Positions 1-10,476 of a DNA stretch of 46,517 bases are shown here, piece by piece (position 1 is the stretch's first letter; the number at the start of each line of letters is the position of its first letter). Source of the DNA: an uncultured bacterium (lineage in GTDB: Bacteria > Patescibacteriota > Minisyncoccia > Phycocordibacterales > UBA6065); the NCBI GenBank assembly GCA_966243015.1, contig CBIMES010000002.1:1-46517 (forward strand). Direction: 5' to 3'. Position numbers and translations under genes: made by a program. Below the pieces are notes generated by a model. It saw only the letters and a program-made list of their open reading frames with translations. It did not search any database and was not told where the DNA came from.

Positions 1-178
1 GTTAAATGTTCTCCACAGCCGTCCGCCCCACCTGGCTTTTTTTTTTACATAACGGCGCTTTTCGGCTTGTTCCCCGGCCACCGGCCGCTTTTCTATACTC
101 AAAACATACGGACACGGGAGAGAATCCAGACCACGACCGAACCGCGGAACGACCATTCACGTTAACATCAGCGCACAT

Positions 179-763
179 ATGAACCGAAAGAAACTGACCT
201 TATCCTCATTTCGGCAATATGCGAGATTTCTTGCGACAGGCATCGTCAACACGGCAATCGACTTCGGGGTGCTCAACACCCTCATCCTCCTGTTCGGACC
301 GATCGTGAAGCCCGTCGCCTACGCCCTGTTCAAAGTCCTCTCCTTCCTCGCGGCAATAACCAACAGCTACTTCCTCAACAAGTACTGGGTCTTTGCCGAC
401 GGGAACCAGAGGGTGAAGGCATCGACGCACAGAGAGAAGATCCTCTTCCTCGGGGTGAGCGTGTTCAGCCTGGGTGTGAACCTGGCCACCTCCCTCCTCG
501 TCTTCAGGGCGCTGGGAAAGATCGGCTTCATGGGCGCAACGGCTCAGGCGAACATCGGTGCGATTGCCGGGACGGCGCTGACGCAGATATCGAACTTCCT
601 TGGTTACAAGTTCCTAATCTTCAAGCGACCTCATGAGCAACATCTACCTTTCGGTGATAGTCCCGGCATACCGGGAAGAAAAGAGGATTCGATCGACACT
701 GCTGGATCTGGAGCGGTACTTCAGGGAGAAGCAGTACCGGTACGAGATTATAGTGGTCAATGA
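179..763 (+). CDS. GtrA-family lipid-linked sugar flippase
   Basis: FARFLATG-like start (YARFLATGIVNTAIDF), SYFLNKYWVF and NFLGYKFLIFK motifs, four hydrophobic segments; hydrophilic tail overlaps the next gene. Confidence 0.85.
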   Translation: MNRKKLTLSSFRQYARFLATGIVNTAIDFGVLNTLILLFGPIVKPVAYALFKVLSFLAAITNSYFLNKYWVFADGNQRVKASTHREKILFLGVSVFSLGVNLATSLLVFRALGKIGFMGATAQANIGAIAGTALTQISNFLGYKFLIFKRPHEQHLPFGDSPGIPGRKEDSIDTAGSGAVLQGEAVPVRDYSGQ

Positions 764-2933
764 CGGGTCGCCCGACGGCACCGCAGACGTGGTCCGAGAG
801 CTCATCCCCCAGATTCCGAACCTCAGCGTGATCGACAACAAGAAGAACAGGGGTAAGGGCTTCGCCGTGAAATGCGGCATGACCTACGCCAGGGGCCAGT
901 ACCGTCTCTTCATGGACGCCGACAACTCGGTGAGGATCGACGAGCTCGACACCTTCATCGCGGACATGGAGAGGAACGGCCACGACATAGCCATAGGCTC
1001 TATCGCCTTTTCATACGCCCGCACCGTCGAGCACAACGGCTGGCACCGGCGCTTCCTCGGCTCCCTGTCGAAGATGATGGTCCGCGTGATCGCCGTGCCG
1101 GGCATCTACGACACCCAGCGAGGCTTCAAGGTGTTCACGGCCCGCGCCGCGGAGATGGTGTTCCCTCGACAGCGCATCAGGCGCTTCGGCTTTGACATCG
1201 AGATCCTCCTCATCGCCCTGACGCACAGCCTCTCGGTCAAGGAGCTCCCCGTGCAGTGGGACAACCCGCCCGGCTCGACCGTAAAGCTCTCCTCGTACTT
1301 CCAGTCGCTCTCCGAGCTCGGCAGGATATTCATGAACAAGGCCCGAGGCATGTACGACCCTGTGTACGGGCCGAAGACCGAATCTCTCCCCCTCTGGCGA
1401 AAGATATTCCGCGAGATGACCTACGTGCCCCGCAGGCTCTGGCGCGAGATATTCGACTCGCGCATGCACCTGCACGTGAAGATATACAACAGAGGCAAGA
1501 GTATCCTCTTCGGCGGCAAGGAGTTTGTGCACCATAGCGGCCTGCACCACTCCGAGTCGGCGCTCTACAACCTCGTGCGCGCCCAAAAGGTCGTACTCGG
1601 CCTCATCGCCGCCGCCTTCGTGGTATTCCTCTTCGTCAACTGGCACGCGACGCTCGTGGCGACGATATCGGTCATCACCTTCCTCTACTTCCTCGACCTG
1701 CTCTTCAACGTGTACCTGAGCGTGCGCAGCATCAGCAGCAACCCGGAGATATCGGTGTCCGAGACGGAGATCCAGACCCTCAGGGACATCGACCTGCCGC
1801 GATACACCATCTTCTGCCCGCTCTACAAGGAGTGGCAGGTGGTACCCCAGTTCGTGTCAGCAATGTCGAAGCTCGACTATCCCGCCGAGAAACTCGAGAT
1901 CCTCTTCCTCCTCGAGGAGAACGATACCGAGACCATCGAGAAGATCCGCGCGGAATCGATGCCCGAGCACTTCAAGATCGTGGTCGTCCCCCACTCGAAC
2001 CCAAAGACCAAGCCGAAGGCCATGAACTACGGCCTCCAGCACGCGACAGGCGAGTACCTCGTCATCTACGACGCCGAGGACATGCCCGAGCCGGACCAGC
2101 TCAAGAAGGCAATCGTCGCCTTCGGCAAGACAAGCGACAGGACCATCTGCGTGCAGGCGAAGCTCAACTTCTACAACACCGACCAGAACATACTCACCAA
2201 GATATTCACGGCCGAGTACTCGCTCTGGTTTGACCTCATCCTGCCCGGCCTCCAGTCCATCGACGCGCCGATACCGCTCGGCGGGACGTCGAACCACTTC
2301 AAGGTAAGCGTCCTCAAGGAGCTCGACGGATGGGACGCCTTCAACGTGACCGAGGACTGCGACCTGGGAATGCGTCTCGCCAAGAGAGGCTACAAGACCG
2401 CCGTCGTCGAGTCGACCACCTACGAGGAGGCGAACTCGGAGCCGATTAACTGGTACAACCAGCGCAGCCGTTGGATCAAGGGGTACATCCAGACGTACTT
2501 CGTGCACATGCGCGCGCCCCAGAATTTCAAGGGAAGAATCCGCGACTTCCTCGCCTTCCAGATCATCGTCGGAGGCAAGATATTCTCCATGTTCATCAAC
2601 CCGATCTTCTGGCTCGTCACCATCTGCTACTTCGCCTTTCGCCTTCAGGTCGGCGACTTCATCGAGTCCTTCTTCCCCGGCATCATCCTGCACATCGGCG
2701 TAGTCTCGTTCGTCATGGGCAACTTCCTCTACCTCTACAACTACATGATCGGCTGCTCGAAGCGAGGCTTCGACAGCCTGGTGAAGTACATCTTCCTCAC
2801 GCCGTTCTACTGGCTGGGCATGAGCCTGGCGGCGTGGAAGGGCGTGTACGAGGTCATCATCAAGCCGCATTACTGGTCAAAGACCGTGCACGGACTCCAT
2901 CTGAAGAAGCAGCTTAACCCTACAAAGATATGA
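633..2933 (+). CDS. Double GT2 fusion: polyprenyl-phosphate glycosyltransferase domain plus cellulose-synthase-like processive GT2
   Basis: N-terminal LSVIVPAYREE, NDGSPD, FMDAD, DTQRGFK; C-terminal YDAED, TEDCD, QRSRW (D,D,D,QxxRW) with flanking TM helices. Confidence 0.85.
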   Translation: MSNIYLSVIVPAYREEKRIRSTLLDLERYFREKQYRYEIIVVNDGSPDGTADVVRELIPQIPNLSVIDNKKNRGKGFAVKCGMTYARGQYRLFMDADNSVRIDELDTFIADMERNGHDIAIGSIAFSYARTVEHNGWHRRFLGSLSKMMVRVIAVPGIYDTQRGFKVFTARAAEMVFPRQRIRRFGFDIEILLIALTHSLSVKELPVQWDNPPGSTVKLSSYFQSLSELGRIFMNKARGMYDPVYGPKTESLPLWRKIFREMTYVPRRLWREIFDSRMHLHVKIYNRGKSILFGGKEFVHHSGLHHSESALYNLVRAQKVVLGLIAAAFVVFLFVNWHATLVATISVITFLYFLDLLFNVYLSVRSISSNPEISVSETEIQTLRDIDLPRYTIFCPLYKEWQVVPQFVSAMSKLDYPAEKLEILFLLEENDTETIEKIRAESMPEHFKIVVVPHSNPKTKPKAMNYGLQHATGEYLVIYDAEDMPEPDQLKKAIVAFGKTSDRTICVQAKLNFYNTDQNILTKIFTAEYSLWFDLILPGLQSIDAPIPLGGTSNHFKVSVLKELDGWDAFNVTEDCDLGMRLAKRGYKTAVVESTTYEEANSEPINWYNQRSRWIKGYIQTYFVHMRAPQNFKGRIRDFLAFQIIVGGKIFSMFINPIFWLVTICYFAFRLQVGDFIESFFPGIILHIGVVSFVMGNFLYLYNYMIGCSKRGFDSLVKYIFLTPFYWLGMSLAAWKGVYEVIIKPHYWSKTVHGLHLKKQLNPTKI

Positions 2934-4543
2934 ACCGAATCACCTCATTCATCCGAAGACTCTCGGTCGAGCATTGGATCGTCATCGGCTCGGCGCTCCT
3001 CGCCGTCGCGGCGACGATCTACAGCTACCTCAACGGCCACATCATCGCCTACGGAGACGCCGAGTCGCACCTAAACATCTCCAAGCGCGTCATCCACAGC
3101 CTGACCCCGGGGCTGGCGCAGCTCGGCGGAATCTGGCTGCCGCTGCCCCACATCATGCTCGTGCCGTTCGTGGCGTCTGACTTCCTCTGGCGCACGGGAC
3201 TGGCGGGATCCATCGTGTCAGGCGTCGCCTTCGTCATCAGCACGCTCTACATCTACAAGTTCGTCCTGCTCCTCACCCGTCACAAGCTCGCGGCGGTGTT
3301 CGCTGCCGCGCTCTTCGCCGCGAACCCGAACATCCTCTATATGCAGTCGACGCCGATGACAGAGCTCGTGCTCATCGCCTTCTTCGCTTTGTCGGGATAC
3401 TACTTCGTGGCGTACCTGTTCGACCCAAAGAGAATCTCGAACATCGTCTTCGCCGCGTTCTTTGGGTTCTGCGCCTCGCTGTCGCGGTACGACGGCTGGG
3501 GCCTCGTGCTCATGGAGGCTGCCGTGCTCGCCCTCTATCACGTGCCGTGGAAAAGGCTCAGGGAGGGCTGGAGCAGGCTCGAGGGAAGGCTCGTACTCTT
3601 CTCGACCATGGCGTTCTTCGGCATATTCCTCTGGCTGACCTGGGGATTCCTGATTCTCGGAGACCCGTTGTACTTTACCCACAGCGAGTTCTCGGCAAAG
3701 TCTCAGCAGAACAGCTGGCAGGCCCGAGGCGAGCTGCCGAGCTATCGCGACATAGGGTCCGCCCTCACCTACTACTCGACGACCAGCACCGTGACCACGG
3801 GAAGCATTGTCACCGTCATCGCCCTCGCGGGCTTCGTGCTCTTCGCCATCGACGGGCGCATGAGGCACAGGCCACTTATCCTGCTCATCCTGGCGGTACC
3901 GTTCATCTTCAACGTGGCGACGCTTTTCCTCGGTCAATCCGTCATATTCATACCCAACCTCACGCCCGACACGTTCGAGTGGAACCTGTTCAACGTAAGG
4001 TACGGGCTCATGATGATGCCGTGTGCCGCCATCGCGGGAGGGTACCTGTTCTACAGGCTCTCGCTCTTCGGCTACCGCAGGGCGTTCCAGGTCGGGCTGG
4101 CCGTGCTCGCCTTCGCCCAGGTCGGTATCTTCGCCCTCGGCAAGGCGCCGGTCATCACCCTCGAGGACGGAACCTACGGCCTCTCGTCGCTCATCGCGAA
4201 GAACCAGGACGCCGAGCGCTGGTTCATCAACAACTACGATCACGGCAAGCTGCTCGCGGACGACTTCTCTCGCGCGATTAGCATCGTGCACTCGCCCATC
4301 GAGATGAAGGACGTGATCTACATCGGAAACAAGCCGTACTGGGAGGAGTCCCTCAAGGAGCCCGAGAAGTACGCCCGCTGGATCATCATTCAGGAGCACG
4401 ACCCTATCTGGAAGAACGTCTGGGAGGACGCCGACACGAGGGCTCGCCTGTTCGCCTACTTCCAGCGAGTCTACACCTCGAGCGAAGTCATGATCTTTAG
4501 GAGGACCGAAGACGCCAATGAAAACACTCTGGGAAAAATCTAG
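2930..4543 (+). CDS. GT-C fold multi-pass membrane glycosyltransferase (PMT/ArnT-like)
   Basis: GDAESH after first TM, WLPLPH, PMTE, SRYDGW motifs; many TM helices; ATGA overlap with the upstream gene. Confidence 0.7.
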   Translation: MNRITSFIRRLSVEHWIVIGSALLAVAATIYSYLNGHIIAYGDAESHLNISKRVIHSLTPGLAQLGGIWLPLPHIMLVPFVASDFLWRTGLAGSIVSGVAFVISTLYIYKFVLLLTRHKLAAVFAAALFAANPNILYMQSTPMTELVLIAFFALSGYYFVAYLFDPKRISNIVFAAFFGFCASLSRYDGWGLVLMEAAVLALYHVPWKRLREGWSRLEGRLVLFSTMAFFGIFLWLTWGFLILGDPLYFTHSEFSAKSQQNSWQARGELPSYRDIGSALTYYSTTSTVTTGSIVTVIALAGFVLFAIDGRMRHRPLILLILAVPFIFNVATLFLGQSVIFIPNLTPDTFEWNLFNVRYGLMMMPCAAIAGGYLFYRLSLFGYRRAFQVGLAVLAFAQVGIFALGKAPVITLEDGTYGLSSLIAKNQDAERWFINNYDHGKLLADDFSRAISIVHSPIEMKDVIYIGNKPYWEESLKEPEKYARWIIIQEHDPIWKNVWEDADTRARLFAYFQRVYTSSEVMIFRRTEDANENTLGKI

Positions 4544-5819
4544 GTTCTGGATAGGATGCGTGCTCGCGGCGATGACAGTGACCTTTACCGCCAACGCGAT
4601 CATCGGTATCTCCGAGGGCACGTACGGCGGCCGCGCCAGCGTAGCGACAGTCTCCGAGGGGGATCGCCGCCTCTTCGATGTCCAGTCGATAGACACCATG
4701 AAGCACTCGCGAGACCTCGCCCGCGAGAAGCTGGCAGACCCCTCGTTCGACTCAGTCATCGAGAGTGAAATGAGACTCGCCAAGGAGGCCGGTGCGACTC
4801 ACGTCGCCGTCGGTACGCCCTACGACGAGGAATTCCTCCCCATGCTCTCGCGCTGGGTGCGCAAGGCACGCGAACAGGGACTGTCAGTCTGGTTCCGCGG
4901 CAACTTCTCCGGGTGGGAGGGCTGGTTTGGGTACCCGAGGATAACTGCCGACGAACACGCTCACCTGCTCGAGCGGTTCATCGAGGGAAACCCCGCCCTC
5001 TTCGAGGACGGCGACATATTCTCCGCATGTCCGGAATGCGAGAACGGTGGACCAGGCGACCCACGAAAAACCGGCGAGAGGGACGAGCACAACGACTTCC
5101 TCAGGCGCGAGTACGGCATAGCCACGCGCTCATTCAAGAAGATTGGCAGGGACGTATCCGTGTACACGTCGATGAACGCGGACATTGCGCGAGACGTCAT
5201 CACGCCCGACGCAGCCGACGACATCGGCGGCACCGTACTCATAGACCATTATCTATCAGACCCCGGCAGGCTGGCAGCCGACGTGGCAAGCATCGCCGAG
5301 GACCTCGACACGCGAGTGGGCATTGGCGAGTTTGGCGCGCCCATCCCCGACCTCAACGGCAACATGACCGAGGGGGAGCAGGCCGAGTTCGTCAGGAGAA
5401 CGCTCGACGGTCTCGCCGCTGCCGAAGAGGACGAGCGAACGAGACTCGTGAACTACTGGGTCATGCGCGGGGGCACCACGGCGCTCATACGCGACGACGG
5501 GACACCCAAGGAGGCCTATGACGTCGTCTCGTCGTACTTCTCACCCCTCGCCCTGTCGGGACGCGTCGTCGACCCTCTGGGAGGGGGCGTGCGCGGCGCC
5601 GAGGTTTCGATAGACGGCTCACTCATACGCGCCGAGACGTCGAGGAACGGATCGTACGAAATCCTCGTGCCGCGTATCTACGACAACGCCACCCTACGCA
5701 AGGACGGTTACGCCGAGCGCACCGTGCCCCTCTCCGAGCTCGCCTCGTCGAGCCCCTCGGAGCTTGTCCTCGAGCCGACCAGGCCGTCTCTTTGGTACAG
5801 GATCAGGTCGGCCTTCTGA
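4518..5819 (+). CDS. Exported putative clan GH-A-like glycoside hydrolase with C-terminal carboxypeptidase-regulatory-like domain
   Basis: N-terminal signal/TM; PECENG and IGEFG as candidate catalytic glutamates; LSGRVVD..GAEVSI..GSYEI beta-sandwich pattern. Confidence 0.55.
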   Translation: MKTLWEKSRFWIGCVLAAMTVTFTANAIIGISEGTYGGRASVATVSEGDRRLFDVQSIDTMKHSRDLAREKLADPSFDSVIESEMRLAKEAGATHVAVGTPYDEEFLPMLSRWVRKAREQGLSVWFRGNFSGWEGWFGYPRITADEHAHLLERFIEGNPALFEDGDIFSACPECENGGPGDPRKTGERDEHNDFLRREYGIATRSFKKIGRDVSVYTSMNADIARDVITPDAADDIGGTVLIDHYLSDPGRLAADVASIAEDLDTRVGIGEFGAPIPDLNGNMTEGEQAEFVRRTLDGLAAAEEDERTRLVNYWVMRGGTTALIRDDGTPKEAYDVVSSYFSPLALSGRVVDPLGGGVRGAEVSIDGSLIRAETSRNGSYEILVPRIYDNATLRKDGYAERTVPLSELASSSPSELVLEPTRPSLWYRIRSAF

Positions 5820-5829
5820 CGGGGAACGT

Positions 5830-5873
5830 GGCCGCGATAAAAGGCTCACCGCGGTGAGCCTTTTATCGCGGCC
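5830..5873. terminator. 44-bp perfect palindrome, likely bidirectional terminator
   Basis: GGCCGCGATAAAAGGCTCACCGCGGTGAGCCTTTTATCGCGGCC between convergent genes. Confidence 0.75.
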
Positions 5874-5889
5874 TTACAGGGCCGTATTT

Positions 5890-7116
5890 TTATTCATACC
5901 TCAGGGCCTCGATAGGGTTCAGCCTCGCCGCCCGTCGCGCGGGATAGTACCCAAAGACGATTCCGATGAATGCGGAGACGCCGAAGGCCATACCGACAGA
6001 CCCGAGCGATATCGACGTCGAGAGCACTCCCGTCGCGCTTATGCCGAAAGAGACAATCGCGCCGAGCAGGACGCCAATGGTTCCGCCGGTCACAGTGAGG
6101 ACAATTGCCTCGAGAAGGAACTGCTTGCTGATGTCGGCGCCCTTTGCGCCGATCGCCTTGCGGAGGCCGATCTCGCGCGTTCGCTCCGTGACCGTGGTAA
6201 GCATCATGTTCATGATGCCGATACCTCCCACGACAAGCGAGATTCCCGCCACCGCGCCGAGGAGGATGGTAAAGGTATCGGTAATACTCGAAGCGGTCTC
6301 GACAATGTCGTTCTGGTTCAGGATGCTGAAGTCGGCCTTTGCGGGATCCGTGATCTTGTGACGCGAAAGGAGGATGGCCGTGACCTCGGCCTGGGCAAGG
6401 GCCATGACTGAGGCGTCCTTTGCCTGAATGCTGATCGAGCTGACGTGATCGCCTCCCGAGAGGAACTGCTGGGCGCTCGTGAGTGGTATGAAAATGGTGT
6501 CGTCCGCATTACTGAAGCCCGAGCCGCCTTTTGCTGCGGTAACGCCGATGACCGTGAACTCCATGCCGTTGATGCGCACGGTCTTCCCCACCGCCGAGGC
6601 GTTCTCGCCGAACAGGTCGTCGCGGGCACTCGGGCCAAGCACGGCGACCTTCGCCTTGGTCCTGAGATGCTGGTCGGAGACGAAGGCGCCCTCGGCGACC
6701 TTCACGTTGCGCACCGCCGGATAGTCGGGGGTCGTGCCCACGACCGAGGTGTTTGTGTTCGTGCCCTTCGCCACGACCTGATAGCGGCCGGATACCTCGG
6801 CTGTGACCGCCTGCGCGCCCGACACGCCATCGGCGAGGGCCAGGGCGTCATCGTAGGTCAGAGTCCTTGTCGATCCGCTCGCCATTCTCACCTGATAGCC
6901 GCCCGCGCCGGTCTGCGCGCCCGGCGACACCATGATGAGGTTCGCGCCGATAGACTGAATGTTTGACTCAATGGTCTTTTGGGCGCCCTGTCCAATGGAC
7001 ACCATGGCTATCACCGAGCTGATGCCGATGATGATGCCGAGCATGGTGAGCCCGGTGCGAACCTTGTTCGCCGACAGGGCCGAGTACGTCTCGTGAAGCA
7101 TGTCGAGTGTGTTCAT
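5890..7116 (-). CDS. MacB-like ABC transporter permease
   Basis: LTMLGIIIGI, GGIGIMNMML..V.ERTREIGLRKAIGA, PIEALRYE. Confidence 0.92.
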   Translation of the reverse strand: MNTLDMLHETYSALSANKVRTGLTMLGIIIGISSVIAMVSIGQGAQKTIESNIQSIGANLIMVSPGAQTGAGGYQVRMASGSTRTLTYDDALALADGVSGAQAVTAEVSGRYQVVAKGTNTNTSVVGTTPDYPAVRNVKVAEGAFVSDQHLRTKAKVAVLGPSARDDLFGENASAVGKTVRINGMEFTVIGVTAAKGGSGFSNADDTIFIPLTSAQQFLSGGDHVSSISIQAKDASVMALAQAEVTAILLSRHKITDPAKADFSILNQNDIVETASSITDTFTILLGAVAGISLVVGGIGIMNMMLTTVTERTREIGLRKAIGAKGADISKQFLLEAIVLTVTGGTIGVLLGAIVSFGISATGVLSTSISLGSVGMAFGVSAFIGIVFGYYPARRAARLNPIEALRYE

Positions 7117-7128
7117 GGTGCGTGGTGG

Positions 7129-7830
7129 TTAGCTCGCCGACCGCCTCTCGTGATGCGAGGTGTCAGAGACAATCTGCCCGTCCTTGATAAAGATGATGCG
7201 GTCAGCGTGCTCGGCGACGTCATGCTCGTGGGTGATGAGAATGATGGTTCTGCCATACTCGCGATTGAGCCTCTGGAAGGTGCCGAGGACAATCTGACCC
7301 GTCTTCGAGTCGAGGTTTCCCGTCGGCTCGTCCGCGAGAATGATCGAAGGGTCGTTCACGAGCGCGCGGGCGATGGCCACGCGCTGGATCTGGCCTCCCG
7401 AAAGCTGATTGGAAAGATGATGGAAATGGCTCTCCACCATGCCCGCCGAGAGCAAAGCCTCCCTCGCCCGCGACTTACGTTCCTCGTCGCTCGCGCCCGC
7501 GTAGATGAGCGGGAGCATGACGTTGCGCAGCACCGTCGTGCGAGGCAGGAGGTTGAAGGCCTGGAAGACGAAGCCGATATTCTGGCGCCTCATATCGGCG
7601 AGCTCGTCGTCGGCCAGTTTCGACACGTCTTTGCCGTCGAGGAAATACGATCCCGACGTCGGGGTGTCGAGCGCGCCGAGGATGTGCATGAGCGTGGACT
7701 TTCCCGACCCCGAAGGCCCCATGATGGCCACAAACTCGCCGTCGCGCACGCTGAAGCTCACGCCCTTGAGCGCCTGAAACGCGGCCGCGCCGCTGTCGTA
7801 GGTCTTCGTGACGTTCTTGATTTCTATCAT
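7129..7830 (-). CDS. MacB/LolD-family ABC ATP-binding protein
   Basis: [25 protein letters not shown]. Confidence 0.93.
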   Translation of the reverse strand: MIEIKNVTKTYDSGAAAFQALKGVSFSVRDGEFVAIMGPSGSGKSTLMHILGALDTPTSGSYFLDGKDVSKLADDELADMRRQNIGFVFQAFNLLPRTTVLRNVMLPLIYAGASDEERKSRAREALLSAGMVESHFHHLSNQLSGGQIQRVAIARALVNDPSIILADEPTGNLDSKTGQIVLGTFQRLNREYGRTIILITHEHDVAEHADRIIFIKDGQIVSDTSHHERRSAS

Positions 7831-7842
7831 GGCGCGCGTGTG

Positions 7843-9522
7843 TTATCGAGATGTCGACCCTCCGACTGCGGGCGCGGTCATAACGCGAACGTTACCGCCG
7901 CCTGTGAAGGCCCTGGTCGCGCCGGCGCCGCCGAAGAGAGATCCCGCCGTCTGAACGGTCGACTGGTTAGCGGAGACGGTCACCGTCGAGACGACGTACC
8001 GCTCGCCCTCGGAGAGGCCTGAGACGATTTCGGTCATATCGTCTCCGGAGAAGCCGACTGTGACAGGAACCAGGCCGCGGTCGATCGTCTCGACGAAGCT
8101 CTGGCTGCCCTGAGTCCTGATGGCGCTCGAAGGTACCGCGATGACTCCCGTGCGGGAGTCAGCGACGATCGAGGCGCTCACCGTCATTCCCGGCTTCACC
8201 CGCGCGTCGTTGGTGTCGAAACTGATCTTCGCGCCGTAGCTCACCACTCCCTGCGACACCGTTCCCACGACGTCGATCTCCGAGACAGTTCCCGTGAGAG
8301 TCAGGCCGTCGATAGCGTCAAACGTGAGGGTTGCCTTCTGCCCCACCTTGAGCTTGGCGGCGTCGACCTCGTTGAACGAGAGCGAGACATTCTGATTCCT
8401 CGTGATGACCGTCGCCACTGAGGTGTTTGACGATGCCTTGTCCCCCACCTCGACGTTCACCTTGGACACGACCCCATCAAACGGCGCCCTGATAGTGTGA
8501 TTCGCGAGAGCCTCCCGCGCATCGCGGAGGGCGTCCTGCTTCTGCGACAGCTCGAGCTCGGCAGACTTGAGCGAGAGCTCGGCACTTGTCGCGCTGTCCT
8601 TAGCGTCCTCGATCGAGGTCTGGGCGTTAGAGATATTTGATATACCGCTGTTCACCTTGCTTATGTACGAGCCGAGCTGACTCTTGTCAGAGGCGAGCTG
8701 CGAGGGTGAGGTCTGGAGACGGGCGTTGATATAGTCGATGGTATTGTACGTGCCCGAGAGCGCGGCGGACAGGTTCCTCAGAAGACCGTACGTCGTGTCG
8801 AGGAAGGTCTCGATGTCCTCTGGGTCGGACGAGGCCGAAAGGCTCTTGTACGTCGAGAAGACCTGATCATACTGCGACTTCGCCTTGTCAAACAAAACAC
8901 CCGCCTGGTATTTATACTCAATCGCGCTCGCTCCGCCGAGGAGGTAGCTGATCTCCTTGTCCGAGAAGTACGGGGAGTGGGTCGGGACGTAGAAGATGTC
9001 GTTAACCTCCATGAAAATCGCAGGAAGGTCGATGAAGACGCCCGTGATGGTGTCATACCCCTTTTCGTACGCCTTTTTGATATCTGATACCGACGAGCCT
9101 TCGGCCTGATTTTCCTTCTGCTTAAGCGCCTTGTCGTAGGCGATCTCCGCGTTTGCGACGGCGAGCTCGGCGTTGCTCACGGCCTTTACCGCGTCCGAGC
9201 TCTCGATACGGGCCAAGGTCTGGCCGCCCTTCACCTCCTGGCCGGCGGTGACGCCGACGTACTCGACGTCGCCCGAGACAGTGCTCGTGACGTCGACCTG
9301 ACTGATTGCCGAAACCTGGCCACTGCCGGTGACTTTTGACTCAACACTTCCCCTCTTGGCCGTAGCACTTATGGTGCGGACCGTGGCCTCGTCGCCGCCA
9401 AAGAGCGAAAGGGCTCCGTACACGCACGCAGACAAGGCGAGAACAGAAAGCAAGGTGGTCTTCTTGTGAGAACGGGACCACGAGACGAGCGAACCGAGCC
9501 TGAGTTTGAGCTTGGATATCAT
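7843..9522 (-). CDS. MacA-like periplasmic adaptor (membrane fusion protein) with long helical hairpin
   Basis: IRAPFDGVV and VKPGMTV motifs; start reassigned to ATG 9522 because the longer ORF overlaps the upstream gene. Confidence 0.85.
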   Translation of the reverse strand: MISKLKLRLGSLVSWSRSHKKTTLLSVLALSACVYGALSLFGGDEATVRTISATAKRGSVESKVTGSGQVSAISQVDVTSTVSGDVEYVGVTAGQEVKGGQTLARIESSDAVKAVSNAELAVANAEIAYDKALKQKENQAEGSSVSDIKKAYEKGYDTITGVFIDLPAIFMEVNDIFYVPTHSPYFSDKEISYLLGGASAIEYKYQAGVLFDKAKSQYDQVFSTYKSLSASSDPEDIETFLDTTYGLLRNLSAALSGTYNTIDYINARLQTSPSQLASDKSQLGSYISKVNSGISNISNAQTSIEDAKDSATSAELSLKSAELELSQKQDALRDAREALANHTIRAPFDGVVSKVNVEVGDKASSNTSVATVITRNQNVSLSFNEVDAAKLKVGQKATLTFDAIDGLTLTGTVSEIDVVGTVSQGVVSYGAKISFDTNDARVKPGMTVSASIVADSRTGVIAVPSSAIRTQGSQSFVETIDRGLVPVTVGFSGDDMTEIVSGLSEGERYVVSTVTVSANQSTVQTAGSLFGGAGATRAFTGGGNVRVMTAPAVGGSTSR

Positions 9523-9547
9523 ATTGTGTGTATGAGGGATAAGTCGC

Positions 9548-10039
9548 CTACTCTTGGAACGGAGGCGGGAGAATCCTGATAAGGCGGGCGTTGATCTGGC
9601 CGGCGTCATCGGGCGAGCCGAGGACTACGACGAAGTCCTCCACCTTGATGTCAGAGGAAGTTGCGGAGTCCCTGAAGCGACGGATGTCAGTACCCCTTCC
9701 TATGACGACGACCTTCTCGACATTGTCAGGCCCCGCGACGACAAACGACGGAAGGCTCACGCTGGCCACGCGGCCCGCGGCTCCGTGCCCGCCGGGAAGA
9801 CTCTCGGTGAAGAGGAATTTCTTTGTCATCACAGGTCGCTCACCTGGCATCGGCATGCCGTCAAATACGCGATAGAAGTTGTTGCCGAGCTGCCGCGAGA
9901 ACGACGCCTTCTTGTAGCCGACCGTCACACCCGCCTGAAAGACGAGCAGCGCGACGACGAGCGACAAGACGACGATAGCGATGACCCTCGCCTTCTTGGA
10001 GGGATTTTCTACGTGCTTAAGGAATGAGTGTATGTTCAT
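9548..10039 (-). CDS. Membrane-anchored protein with predicted OB-fold-like C-terminus
   Basis: Single TM; DIKVEDFVVVLG..INARLIRI resembles DUF5666-type pattern; operonic position. Confidence 0.55.
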   Translation of the reverse strand: MNIHSFLKHVENPSKKARVIAIVVLSLVVALLVFQAGVTVGYKKASFSRQLGNNFYRVFDGMPMPGERPVMTKKFLFTESLPGGHGAAGRVASVSLPSFVVAGPDNVEKVVVIGRGTDIRRFRDSATSSDIKVEDFVVVLGSPDDAGQINARLIRILPPPFQE

Positions 10040-10057
10040 GAGTATGAAATGCTAGGA

Positions 10058-10462
10058 CTAGGCGAACGAGACCAGCGAGCGAGACTGCCTGACGAGACGG
10101 GTCGTGGACCAGCCAAGGGCGAGACCCGCGACGAGCACGGCAGCGGTCGCAAGGACCGGGGCGGACTCGGCGAGGGACAAGGCGAACTCGCGGTAGTAGC
10201 CGACAATGCCGAAGCCCTCGGACAAGGCGAGGCGCGCGTAGCTGTAGAATCCAGACGACTCGAGAGATCTGGATACGTACAGGAACGAGGCGACGAGGGC
10301 GGCGGCCGAGGCGACCTCGGCCGCCGCCGCCAGGACAAAGCGGATGACGAGCGCCCTCCTGCGAGACCTCGCCACGCGCTCGAGAACAGCAACCCGAAGA
10401 GACGCGGGAGCGCTCACCGTGCCGATGTTCCCAAATGGGTTTTTTACTTCGTTAATTCCCAT
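10058..10462 (-). CDS. Putative membrane anti-sigma factor
   Basis: Directly downstream of the ECF sigma; AP..LR..VL.R pattern followed by two TM segments. Confidence 0.6.
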   Translation of the reverse strand: MGINEVKNPFGNIGTVSAPASLRVAVLERVARSRRRALVIRFVLAAAAEVASAAALVASFLYVSRSLESSGFYSYARLALSEGFGIVGYYREFALSLAESAPVLATAAVLVAGLALGWSTTRLVRQSRSLVSFA

Positions 10463-10476
10463 AAAGATATATACGT

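Noticed and set aside
3218-4783. Long antisense ORFs here and at 19124-20839, 22474-23799, 29620-30801, 30805-32010 and 43209-44858
   Set aside because: Shadows of GC-rich coding genes on the opposite strand with no recognisable motifs
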